A program made the translations under genes and the position numbers. DNA of 33,091 bases from a virus. Within the stretch, counting starts at the first letter, position 1; each line of letters starts with the position of its first letter. Below, in pieces: positions 1 to 8,895 of this stretch. The notes beneath the pieces were generated by a model. That model did not search any database and was not told where the DNA came from. It saw only the letters and a list, made by a program, of their open reading frames with translations. Location: the UHGV virus genome UHGV-0073014; one strand, 5' to 3'.

Positions 1-49
1 TACCGTATTATTCCATTTTGCAAACTTAAAAGTTCTCCATTGCGAAGAA

Positions 50-1150
50 TCATTCCATTTCGAAATCATCAATCCTCACTTCAAGCTCCAGACTGGTCGT
101 AAAACCGTTATCCGGGCTGACGGTATGTGTCAGAGTCGTAATGGTCCATTCCGCATCATCTATCGGCGGTTTAAAGCCGCTGACCTTCACAGGCATTTCC
201 GTGTAGAGATCTGCCCGACCTTCCGCCAGTTGTAGCGAGAATGACGCAACGCCGCGTTGCAGGCGTTCCCACTGCATTTTCGCTGCCCGTTCAGCGTTGC
301 TCCGGTTGGCATAAGTGCGATTAAGTACCAGCACGTTTTTATCCGTACCCACCAGGTAATCGCCCTGCTTCGCTTCCGGCTCATTCTTCTGCTTCTTAGT
401 TCTGCGCTTACGCTTCACCGTGGTACTTTCTTTCTTCGCAGGTTCGCGGGTATGCAACCAGCTGGCAATTACGCCCGTGTAGGCTCCGCGATCTGCCAGG
501 GTAAAGCGGTGACTGTCGCCGTCCTTGCGTGTGATAGTGATCACTGGCAGTGGTTTACCAGTGGCGCTTTTGCCCTGCCCCTGCCGGATGAATAACAGAT
601 TGCCATTTTTCACCGACGCGATGGCACCGTACTGTCGCGCCAGCCGCATCAGAAAACTGCCGTCACTCTCATTAGTCTGGTCTATATGCTCCACGGGCTT
701 ATCCGACAGGTCTTTACCCAGTGCCATCTTCAGCTTGTGCCGCGCGGCTATTTCCTTCACCACTTCCCCGACGGTGGTCTTGTGCCACGACTTTTCACGA
801 CGGGTATTCAGCGTTTCCCGAAAATCAGCACTTCGCGCCCGGATAGTCAGGCGGTCCGGTGCGCCAGTGTGTTCAATCTCGTCCACCGTGAATGCCCCTT
901 TCGGGAAAAGCGGCTGCCCCTTCCAGCCCAGCGCCAGCGTAATGACCGCACCACGGCGCGGCAGCACGATTTTTCCGTCGGCGTCGTCCAGCTCCAGATC
1001 AAGCTGGTCTGCGTCAAAGCCCCGGTTATCCGTCAGCGTCAGCCCCATCAGGCGGTTGTCCAGCACAGTGGTGATATCCCTGCCTTCAATACTGATGCTG
1101 AATGCCGGAGTTTTGTTGCCTTTGTTAAGCAGTTCAGAGCTGAAATTCAC
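50..1150 (-). CDS. D: tail protein D (P2 gpD-like)
   Basis: 366 aa ORF at the position of P2 D, immediately downstream of U; translation recognised as gpD-like from memory. Confidence 0.85.
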   Translation of the reverse strand: MNFSSELLNKGNKTPAFSISIEGRDITTVLDNRLMGLTLTDNRGFDADQLDLELDDADGKIVLPRRGAVITLALGWKGQPLFPKGAFTVDEIEHTGAPDRLTIRARSADFRETLNTRREKSWHKTTVGEVVKEIAARHKLKMALGKDLSDKPVEHIDQTNESDGSFLMRLARQYGAIASVKNGNLLFIRQGQGKSATGKPLPVITITRKDGDSHRFTLADRGAYTGVIASWLHTREPAKKESTTVKRKRRTKKQKNEPEAKQGDYLVGTDKNVLVLNRTYANRSNAERAAKMQWERLQRGVASFSLQLAEGRADLYTEMPVKVSGFKPPIDDAEWTITTLTHTVSPDNGFTTSLELEVRIDDFEME

Positions 1151-1632
1151 GACAGCAGCCCTCCCACCGTTTTACTGATATCGTTTAATGCAGACGTTGC
1201 CGTATCCTGCAGATTATTCAGCTGTGCACTGAGATCACCGAACATATCGGACAGGGATTCATCTACCCGTTTTAGCGACAGAGTGAACTCAATCCGGCGC
1301 GGCATACCGTCGCGGAAAAACTCCGTTTTAGTCTGATTCAGTCCCTCAATCACATACATGCCGTAAATCGTGCCGCTGCCTTCAATCAGGGGCCATGCTT
1401 TTCCCTGTTCTGCCATCTGCTCCAGTGCCAGCAACGACAGCCTGCCGCCTGTTATCTCCGGCATCAGAACACCAGAAAGCGTCAGCATGTCGTTATCCGG
1501 TCCCAGAAACTGCGTTGACGGGCGTCGGTTAACCCGGCTGTTAGCCGCATGTCGCCAGCTGCGCTGATACTGCAGCTCCTGATACGGCACGGTGCGCAGC
1601 ATAAACACGTACAATCCCAGCACCATCATCAT
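1147..1632 (-). CDS. U: tail protein U (P2 gpU-like)
   Basis: 161 aa ORF, N-terminus MMMVLGLYVFMLRTVPYQELQ resembles P2 gpU; 4-nt overlaps with the D start and the T stop. Confidence 0.85.
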   Translation of the reverse strand: MMMVLGLYVFMLRTVPYQELQYQRSWRHAANSRVNRRPSTQFLGPDNDMLTLSGVLMPEITGGRLSLLALEQMAEQGKAWPLIEGSGTIYGMYVIEGLNQTKTEFFRDGMPRRIEFTLSLKRVDESLSDMFGDLSAQLNNLQDTATSALNDISKTVGGLLS

Positions 1633-4600
1633 GCGTCGTATCCCCCCTGATCGCTGTAGTTACTCCTGGCTTTTGCCTTCAGCCTGCGTTCACGTTCATC
1701 AAGCTGGCGGGCCACCTCCCGCGCAATATCCTGCGCACTTTGTCCTGGCTGCGTCTGAATGATGATCTGCGTCGGTGCCTCAATCCGTTGAACGGGCGGC
1801 ACAGTGGCTGCACGACTCACCATCGCTTCGCCGCCTTTCGCGGGAAGTGCCAAAGGATGTAACGGTGGAAGCTCTGTAGGCGCGGCAGCAACGCCCATCA
1901 TTCCGGCAACAACCGCAGCCAGTGCAGCGGTATTTCTCCGGCTGGTCACGTTTGCCGGGCCGTTGACAATTTCCGGCCCGTTTTCACCGACGATGCCAAA
2001 CTGCCCGCGCGGGATATAGCCGCCGCTGTCATACATCCCCGCAAAGCCATATCCCCATGACGGAAAACCACCCGATGGCATCATCACTTTACCGTCTGCA
2101 TTCACCGTCGCAGGTTGCTGACGCGTCACGCTTTCCGGCAGTTTCGCCTTTGCAGCCTCTTTACTGACAATGCCGAGCTTCTCCAGCAACCAGGAAACAC
2201 CGGATTTCAGGGAGTCCAGCGGATGCATGACCATATTCAGCCCTTCCGCCAGTGCCTCCCCGAATCGTCGCCCCATTGCCGCTGCGCTCTGCAGTTCGGC
2301 AGAGGTCGACTTAACGGGCGTCAGCAGATCAGTAAACCAGCCCCACAGCGCCTGTACTTTGTCGCCAATCCACTGAAACACAGGCTTAAGTGGTTCGAAT
2401 GCAGCACTGATGGGACCTGCCGCCGCTTTGAATCCTTCCACCACGCCACCGAGAAATGCGGTGATGGGTTGCCAGTATTTCCAGACAACCAGCGCCACAC
2501 CCGCCAGTGCAGTAACCACAAGACCTATCGGACTGAGCAGAGCACCTAACAGACCAGATATGGCATACAGGGCAACGCGCAGCATCGCCAGCGGACCAGA
2601 TGCAAGCACACGAAGCACCGCGCCTGCGGCAGACAAAGTACCCCCCCCCCGGCGCCAGCCAGTCCACCGCGCAGTACCGCCAGAGGATTCATAAACATCA
2701 CAGCAACAGCACGTAAAGCGGATAATCCAGACCGCAATAGTGCAACCGGCGCACCTGCTACAGTTTTCAGGACATTTCCCGTCAGTGATGCCGTACGGCG
2801 CAAAGACGACAACGGCGCAGTAAGTAAACCCGCTGCGTTACCCGATGAAGCAAGCCCGCGTCGCAGCACTGCCAGTGGAGCGCCAGCCAGCCAGGACAAC
2901 GCGCTGCTGGTTCGTGTTACTGCTGCCGTAACGGAAGGGAACGTTTTTATGCCCAGCACAGAGAATCCCAGACGGATGACTGCCAGCGGCCCCAGCACTG
3001 CAGCCAGCGCCACAGCCAAGGTGCCGAGGCCTACGGTAACCGCAGCCACAATAGCGGCTACTTTCATCAGTGTGCCCGTCAGTTCCGGGTTAGCTTCGAC
3101 CCAGCGACGCAACGCTCCCGTAACGCTTTTCACCGTGTACAGAATATCCATCAGCGGCTGGCGCAGCGTTTCGCCCAGGCTGCTGAAGGTATTCTGCGCT
3201 CCGGTTTTAACCAGCAACCACTGAGCAGAAAGTGAGTCCTTGTTGATGTCGGATTCTTTCTGCATGGAGCCGAGCGCATCATTGCCCGCTGTCAGTTTTA
3301 GCTGGCGCTGTAGTTCCGGCAGGTTGTTTGCCAGTTTCGCCGCGTCATCGCCAAACTCTTTACCAAACAACATGGTCATGGCAGACAGACGCTTGTCCTG
3401 CGGCAGTGCGTTTACCTTCTCCAGCACGCGCTGGATGGTTCCCATCGCATCCTTCGTCATCTGCTTTTCAATCACTTCAGGATTGAGTTTCAGCAGATTC
3501 ATCCCTTCAAAGAAACTCTTGCTTTGCATGGTGGCAATGGACAATTCACGCACCATCGCGTTTGCTGCACTGGCTGCAACCTCTGGCGCAGCGCCCAGTG
3601 TCAGGAAGGTGGAACCCAGCGCCGCCGCTTTACGATAATCCAGACGGTCAGCCACACCGCCCAGACGTTGCATCACATCAATGATGTCTGCCCCTTTCGA
3701 CATGGCGTTATCATCCAGATAGTTCAGCGCATCACCGAGCTGTTCAATATTGCGGGTGGGGATTTTGTAGAGCTGGGCGATTTTCCCCAGACTTTCTGAC
3801 AGTTCATCCGCTGGCAGCTCAAAGGCTGTTGCCGCCTTTGCTGCCGTACTGGCGAAGGCCAGCAGGTCACGTTTCTGATCTTCCCAGCTGTCGTCAGGGT
3901 TTGCGACGTTCATGCGCGCACCACCTTCAACCAGTGCAGCGAAGTCCACCGCACCGTTTTCCATCGGCAACTGTTCGCTGGCAGCCTTGATGGCATCCTG
4001 CATTTCATAAAAACGTGCAGTGCGGTTGCCATTATCGTCACGCAGACCATTGACCTGCTTTGCCACACCTTTCATGGCATCTTCCATGCTGGTATAGCTT
4101 TTTACTGCCGCCATCACTGGCGCACCCATTGCCAGCCCTGCAGCCGTGGTGGTGGCTCCGGCACCTGCAATACGATCACGCACCTCCAGCGAACGGGCAT
4201 AACTGGCACGCGCTGCATTCATCCTGCGCTGAGCTTCCCCCAGTCGCTTCAGCCGCGCCTCCTGTTTCGAAAGTTCCTGGTTATAACGTGATGTTTCACG
4301 GGCTAAACGGGCAGTTGCTCCCGCATCGTCTTTCGCAGAAATTCCCGCCCGGTACAGTTCAGCACGCACAAGCGCCGTCTGCTGCTGCAGCTTTTTCTGG
4401 CGTTCTTCCAGGCGCTGAACAGCCAGCCGTTGACGGCCCAGAGCAACAACCTGACGTTGCGAAGGCGGCCCCATCGCTCCCAGTTCCTGACTGAGCAAAT
4501 TTGCACGCTGGCGGGCATAGTTCAGCCTGTCGCCTAATTTCTGATTTTCTGCCTGCAGCTTTCGGAAGCTGTCCAGACTGCTCCCGGCCTGATCAAGCTG

Positions 4601-4732
4601 CTTTATTGCATCGCGGGATTTTTTGACAGCAGCAGCCAGTTCTCTTGAACTGGCCTGCGCAGATCGAAATGGGCGGGTGAGCTTGTCAACCGCATTAAGA
4701 ATGACCTGCAGACGCAGGTTGTTATCACTCAT
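1629..4732 (-). CDS. T: tail tape measure protein (gpT-like), reading frame broken at a G10 homopolymer
   Basis: Two long minus-strand ORFs (2546..4732 and 1629..2636) in different frames meet at the C10 run 2641..2650; coiled-coil-like N-terminal part and Gly/Ala-rich C-terminal part typical of tape measure; start overlaps the E' stop. Confidence 0.8.
2641..2650. repeat. C10/G10 homopolymer at the tape-measure frameshift point
   Basis: Ten consecutive C on the plus strand; removing 2 bases or adding 1 would join the two T reading frames. Confidence 0.95.
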
Positions 4733-4904
4733 CGTTGGCCCCGCTTCTCTGAATCGCTTTATACCGCCATTCCAGCACTTCGGTCAGCGGCATAACGTCA
4801 GTAACGGATGGCGGCCAGTGAAAAATGGTGGCGATATCTGCCACCAGATCGTCAACCGTCAGGCTGTCGGTAAACCGGCAAGCACCGACTTCTTCAACAA
4901 AAAA
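4725..4904 (-). CDS. E': E' extension, read after a -1 programmed frameshift from E (E+E' fusion spans 4725..5161)
   Basis: Slippery heptamer T-TTT-TTG on the coding strand (plus 4898..4904) in the correct phase; the -1 frame stays open to a TGA at 4725..4727, which overlaps the T start codon. Confidence 0.7.
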   Translation of the reverse strand, partial: FFVEEVGACRFTDSLTVDDLVADIATIFHWPPSVTDVMPLTEVLEWRYKAIQRSGANDE

Positions 4905-5161
4905 GTGACAACCTCAACCGACATGGCAGTGAGATCTGCCGGGTCCATCTCTGCAATTTCCTGTGCAGTCAGTGCCGGACTGGAGATGCGGGGGATCACG
5001 GTCATCATCGCGTTTACATCCATATCCATAATGGCCTGCAGGCGTGTACCGCGCAGCGCACCGGACTGCGGTTTACGCAGCACAATTTCGGTGATTTCTG
5101 TTTTACCGCGCTTGATGGGGGTATCCAGTTGAATGGTCTTTTCAGTCTGCTTATCGCTCAT
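4859..5161 (-). CDS. E: tail assembly chaperone E (P2 gpE-like)
   Basis: 100 aa ORF between FII and T, the position and size of P2 E. Confidence 0.85.
   Translation of the reverse strand: MSDKQTEKTIQLDTPIKRGKTEITEIVLRKPQSGALRGTRLQAIMDMDVNAMMTVIPRISSPALTAQEIAEMDPADLTAMSVEVVTFLLKKSVLAGLPTA
4898..4904 (-). other. -1 ribosomal frameshift slippery site T TTT TTG
   Basis: Coding-strand sequence ACT TTT TTG TTG read directly; known P2 E/E' mechanism. Confidence 0.7.
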
Positions 5162-5186
5162 TTTGCTGTCCTGTCAATTTGGTTCT

Positions 5187-5204
5187 GGCGCGGTATCCCG
5201 CGCC
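5187..5204 (-). other. GC-rich intercistronic hairpin between FII and E
   Basis: GGCGCGG-TATC-CCGCGCC, 7 bp perfect stem; no adjacent T-tract, so not a classic terminator. Confidence 0.3.
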
Positions 5205-5215
5205 GTTCAGATATA

Positions 5216-5731
5216 TCAGAGGCCGAGGGCGTTGCGGTGCGCTTCCATCAGGTCCACACCGTCCACAATTTCCACCATGTTGATAAGGTCCACTTCATAG
5301 AGCACCTCACCATTGATGGTCAGCTTCGCGTAGCTGTTGGTACTGGTCACTTTGGTGGTGTTGCTTTCGCCCGTCTTCCACTCGCCGGAATCCACTTCTT
5401 TGTGACGTCCACGCACGACAAGCTCCACGGCCTGCACTTCCCCGGTATCGTCACGCTGAATAGAGCCGGTAAAGCGCAGCTGGATGCCATCCACCGTGGC
5501 TTTACCCATCTGTTTAAACAGCAGCAATTCAGTACCACCAATGGAAAATTCTGTGTCCAGCGCACTGTCATCAAGCCCCAGATCCACATCCACCGCACCC
5601 GGCATTCCGCCGCCGCGATACTTCTCATATTTGCGGGTAAATTTCGGCAGCGTCAGCGACTCAACGATCCCCTGCCAGTTGTTCCCGTCGTTAAACAGGT
5701 TCAGGTGTTTTAATTTGCGTGGTAAAGCCAT
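5216..5731 (-). CDS. FII: tail tube protein FII
   Basis: 171 aa ORF directly downstream of the sheath gene, P2 FII-like. Confidence 0.85.
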   Translation of the reverse strand: MALPRKLKHLNLFNDGNNWQGIVESLTLPKFTRKYEKYRGGGMPGAVDVDLGLDDSALDTEFSIGGTELLLFKQMGKATVDGIQLRFTGSIQRDDTGEVQAVELVVRGRHKEVDSGEWKTGESNTTKVTSTNSYAKLTINGEVLYEVDLINMVEIVDGVDLMEAHRNALGL

Positions 5732-5740
5732 GTTGTCCCC

Positions 5741-6913
5741 TTACGCGCTGACCTGGCTGGCGAAATTCACCAGGTACTGATCGGTGATGCGCTGACGCAG
5801 CATCAGGTTTTCAAGTGGCGGCACTGGCGTGTAGTCGTAGTCGATGGTGAGTTTTCCGGCTTTCAGCGTGTCTTTGTCGTTCACCGACTCATCCAGCCAG
5901 CAATCACCACCAATGAGATAGCCCTGACTGACCAGGCTGCGCATTTTGGCGCGGATACCTTCGATAATGTCGCGGGCCAGCGACGGGTTAAGCGGTTTAT
6001 CCACCGCCCACATGTGTGCTTCTGCCATCGTGTCCATCAGCACCTGCGCCGTGCGGGTGTAGTTTTCGAAGGCAAAGAGCGGGTCATCACTCAGGCAGCG
6101 GGAACCCCAGAAGCGGAAACCGTCTTTACGCACAAGCGTGGTGACGTCGTTCTGGTTCAGCAGACCTGCATCGGTTGCCGGGTCCTGCAGATCCCAGAAC
6201 ACATCTGCAGAAATTCCGGTGACACCGTTCACGCCCACGTTGGACAGGCTTTTGTGCCATCCGGTCTGCTCGTCAATTTTGGCGCGCAGACCAAGCGCAC
6301 GGGCGGTGGCATATGCCGTTGCTTCGGCATTCAGCACCGTGTCCCAGCCAGTAAAGTCAGGCCAGATCAGCATCCCTTCGCGCTGGCTGAAGTTTTCACG
6401 GTAAGTGATTGCTTCCTGCACCGTCTTGCAACCATACGCTGACAGGTAAGCAAACCCACGCAGGCTTTGCGCCACGCTCAGCAACTCAGTAGCTACCGCC
6501 TTGGTGTCGTGGCCTGGCACGCCGAGAATGCGCGGTTTAACGCCGAGCTGTGACTGGGCAGATAACAGGGCTTTCATACCTGTTTTTTTACCTTCAGCAG
6601 TCACTGCGCCGATGATATTGGTCGTGGTTTCTTCTTCCGTTTCACCCTGCGGTACACGCACAACAACGGTCACGGGTTTTGCCTGGTCAGCGATGGCATC
6701 CAACGAGCGGGCCAGTGTGCCGGACTCACCCGCTTTACCGCTCGCAGTCAGCACATCAGTGATCAGCACAGGTTTATTAAGAGGAAACATTTTTGCATCG
6801 GCATCATCGCCCGTGCAGACCATACCCACGATGGCGGTGCTCACCGTGGTAATGGATCGGGTGCCTTCGTTGACTTCAACAACACGCACCCCGTGGTGGT
6901 AATCCTGAGCCAT
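5741..6913 (-). CDS. FI: tail sheath protein FI
   Basis: 390 aa ORF, P2 FI-like, first gene of the FI-FII-E-T-U-D block. Confidence 0.9.
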   Translation of the reverse strand: MAQDYHHGVRVVEVNEGTRSITTVSTAIVGMVCTGDDADAKMFPLNKPVLITDVLTASGKAGESGTLARSLDAIADQAKPVTVVVRVPQGETEEETTTNIIGAVTAEGKKTGMKALLSAQSQLGVKPRILGVPGHDTKAVATELLSVAQSLRGFAYLSAYGCKTVQEAITYRENFSQREGMLIWPDFTGWDTVLNAEATAYATARALGLRAKIDEQTGWHKSLSNVGVNGVTGISADVFWDLQDPATDAGLLNQNDVTTLVRKDGFRFWGSRCLSDDPLFAFENYTRTAQVLMDTMAEAHMWAVDKPLNPSLARDIIEGIRAKMRSLVSQGYLIGGDCWLDESVNDKDTLKAGKLTIDYDYTPVPPLENLMLRQRITDQYLVNFASQVSA

Positions 6914-6989
6914 AGTGGCGAACCTCCTGATTGGATTAGGCTTCGCCCTATGTTGAAGTGATTGTGCCTGACAAACAGCTAAGCGCAGT

Positions 6990-7007
6990 TGTACCGTTAT
7001 TCACACA
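6990..7007 (-). promoter_or_regulatory. late-promoter activator dyad TGT-N12-ACA (Ogr-type site) upstream of FI
   Basis: TGTaccgttattcacACA, about 75 nt upstream of the FI start; P2 late promoters carry this dyad. Confidence 0.5.
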
Positions 7008-7064
7008 AAATGACGGTATTTGTCCGCTTGCAGGAAAAATCAAAATAATGCTGATTCAGGGCGA

Positions 7065-7622
7065 TTAATTGCTCTTATTCGCCGGAAATTTTCTATAAAT
7101 GGTAGAAACGCCCACATCAAAAATCAGTGCAATACGCTGTCTTGATTCTCCAGCCTCAAGTAAACGCCCAATCTGTGCCCACTGTTCAGCTGTCAACTTA
7201 GGACGGCGTCCACCTACTCTACCTTTAGCACGAGCTGCAGCCAGCCCCGCCCTGGTACGTTCAACTATCAGTTCGCGTTCCATTTCAGCCAGGGCACCCA
7301 TGACATGAAAAAAGAAACGGCCCATTGGGGTGCTGGTATCAATACTGTCAGTCAGGCTTCGGAAATTCACGCCACGCTGGCGCAGCTCTTCTATCAGCGT
7401 AACGAGATGCCGCATACTGCGCCCCAGTCTGTCCAGCTTCCAGACAACCAGCGTGTCTCCTGCCGATAGTGTCCTGAGCAGCTTTTTCAGCCCCGGTCTG
7501 TCGGACTTGGTGCCACTGATTTTATCCTCAAAAATCCGCTCACATCCCGCGCAGTTCAGTGCATTACGTTGCAAATCGGTGTTCTGGTCATTTGTTGACA
7601 CGCGTACATAGCCAATAAGCAT
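7065..7622 (-). CDS. serine DNA invertase (Gin/Pin/Hin/Cin family)
   Basis: 185 aa, N-terminus MLIGYVRVSTNDQNTDLQ with the catalytic Ser context, C-terminal HTH; sits just outside an inverted-repeat-bounded segment. Confidence 0.95.
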   Translation of the reverse strand: MLIGYVRVSTNDQNTDLQRNALNCAGCERIFEDKISGTKSDRPGLKKLLRTLSAGDTLVVWKLDRLGRSMRHLVTLIEELRQRGVNFRSLTDSIDTSTPMGRFFFHVMGALAEMERELIVERTRAGLAAARAKGRVGGRRPKLTAEQWAQIGRLLEAGESRQRIALIFDVGVSTIYRKFPANKSN

Positions 7623-7624
7623 AA

Positions 7625-7632
7625 CCCCCCCC
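7625..7632. repeat. C8/G8 homopolymer 2 nt upstream of the invertase start codon
   Basis: Coding strand reads GGGGGGGG-TT-ATG. Confidence 0.9.
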
Positions 7633-7688
7633 TGAATAAAAACCGGAGATGATGCCAGTTAGCCGTTATCTCTGCATTTTCATAAACG

Positions 7689-7722
7689 TTGGTTTGGGAG
7701 AAGCGGCAAAACGGAATGTAGG
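7689..7722. repeat. left inverted repeat / invertase crossover site
   Basis: TTGGTTTGGGAGAAGCGGCAAAACGGAATGTAGG, exact reverse complement of 9236..9269; encodes the shared motif [11 protein letters not shown]. Confidence 0.85.
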
Positions 7723-8056
7723 TAACGGGCAAAACCAAATTCCGGATATGGCGGCGTTTGCCAGTTCACTTTCATCAACGGGTTTTCAAAAACTCCCTTC
7801 AGGTCTGATTATTCAGTGGGGTATTGTCAGTGGAGCATCAAACTATACGGTGACTTACCCGGTAACATTCCCAAATCGTTCACTTGCGCTGTTGGCTGTG
7901 CCACATACAACGTCGGTGGCTAGTATATCTGCAATGGGCATAGCGAACTGTTCTGATATCAGCAAATCACAGTTCTATATAATTGTTGGCGGTATATCTC
8001 AGGGAGAAATTGTCAAACATGAAAGGTCCTGTTTTTGGGTAGCAATCGGTGTATAG
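7723..8056 (+). CDS. alternative (currently unexpressed) tail-fibre C-terminal module
   Basis: Open frame continuing from the crossover motif ([10 protein letters not shown]...) parallel to the H C-terminus (GTGENQIPDM...); no promoter or start of its own. Confidence 0.7.
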
Positions 8057-8064
8057 GTATATCT

Positions 8065-8460
8065 ATGATTTATTTCTCAAAATCGACTAATGGTTTTTTC
8101 TTTGATGGTATAAACAGCGGCATGCCTGCTGACATTGTTGAGATAAGTACAGACTTATACAATGAATTAATTGCCGGACAGCAGGAAGGGGGTAAATTAA
8201 TCACGTCAGATGAAAATGGTTTACCGGTACTGAAATCTCCGGCGATTGATTATGTCGCACGTGCTGAAAATCAGCGAATGCAGTTACTTGCTCATGCCGA
8301 TAATGTCACAGCTGACTGGCGGGTGGAATTAATGCTTGGTGATATCAGCAGTACAGATAAAGAAAAACTATCTGCCTGGATGGACTACAAAAAAGAAGTA
8401 AAAGCCGTCGACACTTCGACGGCTCCTGAGATTAGCTGGCCTGAGTTACCGGAGATGTAG
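8065..8460 (+). CDS. tail-fibre assembly protein, partner of the alternative module
   Basis: About 131 aa; C-terminal DTSTAPEISWPELP motif shared with the convergent gene 8432..8875. Confidence 0.7.
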   Translation: MIYFSKSTNGFFFDGINSGMPADIVEISTDLYNELIAGQQEGGKLITSDENGLPVLKSPAIDYVARAENQRMQLLAHADNVTADWRVELMLGDISSTDKEKLSAWMDYKKEVKAVDTSTAPEISWPELPEM

Positions 8461-8875
8461 GCCATTCAATATCTGGAGCACTGGAGGTATCCACCAGTTC
8501 CAGTGCGTCCAGGTAATCCAGCCACAAATTATATTGCGCCAGTTCCTCACCTTTCAGACGACCAATAGCTGCTTTGCCAGGCCATTGCTTACTGTTCATG
8601 TATTCGTTAGCCTGGTTAATTAGTAGCTGTCTTTCTGATTCAGTAATTTCAATAAGCTCTTCATGCGTGGGTGGAGGAATATCTGCCCACGCAGGCAGCC
8701 CATCATCTCCGGCAATACGGATTTTTCCTTGTGGCGGTTCAGCCATAAACTCACTGATAATATTTTGATTTACTTCCTTTGCGTCTGATAAATCCCATCC
8801 CTCTGATTTATATTTATCAATCATATCCACAGGGAAAAAAGCATTATGCCTTGCGCTATAAACATATTTGTGCAT
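8432..8875 (-). CDS. tail-fibre assembly protein (gpG-like), expressed orientation
   Basis: Directly downstream of H; conserved C-terminal motif DTSSAPDIEWP. Confidence 0.8.
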   Translation of the reverse strand: MHKYVYSARHNAFFPVDMIDKYKSEGWDLSDAKEVNQNIISEFMAEPPQGKIRIAGDDGLPAWADIPPPTHEELIEITESERQLLINQANEYMNSKQWPGKAAIGRLKGEELAQYNLWLDYLDALELVDTSSAPDIEWPTSPVTQAS

Positions 8876-8895
8876 ATAAATCACCCTGAATAAAA

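Noticed and set aside
257-1336. Plus-strand ORFs 257..595, 525..1178 and 686..1336 (112-217 aa) overlapping D and U
   Set aside because: Antisense shadow ORFs inside well-supported minus-strand tail genes; Ser/Arg/Pro-rich low-complexity translations and no RBS.
7649-7722. N-terminal 25 codons of ORF 7649..8056 as an independent gene start
   Set aside because: The ATG lies outside the inverted repeat with no RBS; the open frame is best explained as a promoterless alternative fibre module that is only expressed after inversion fuses it to H.
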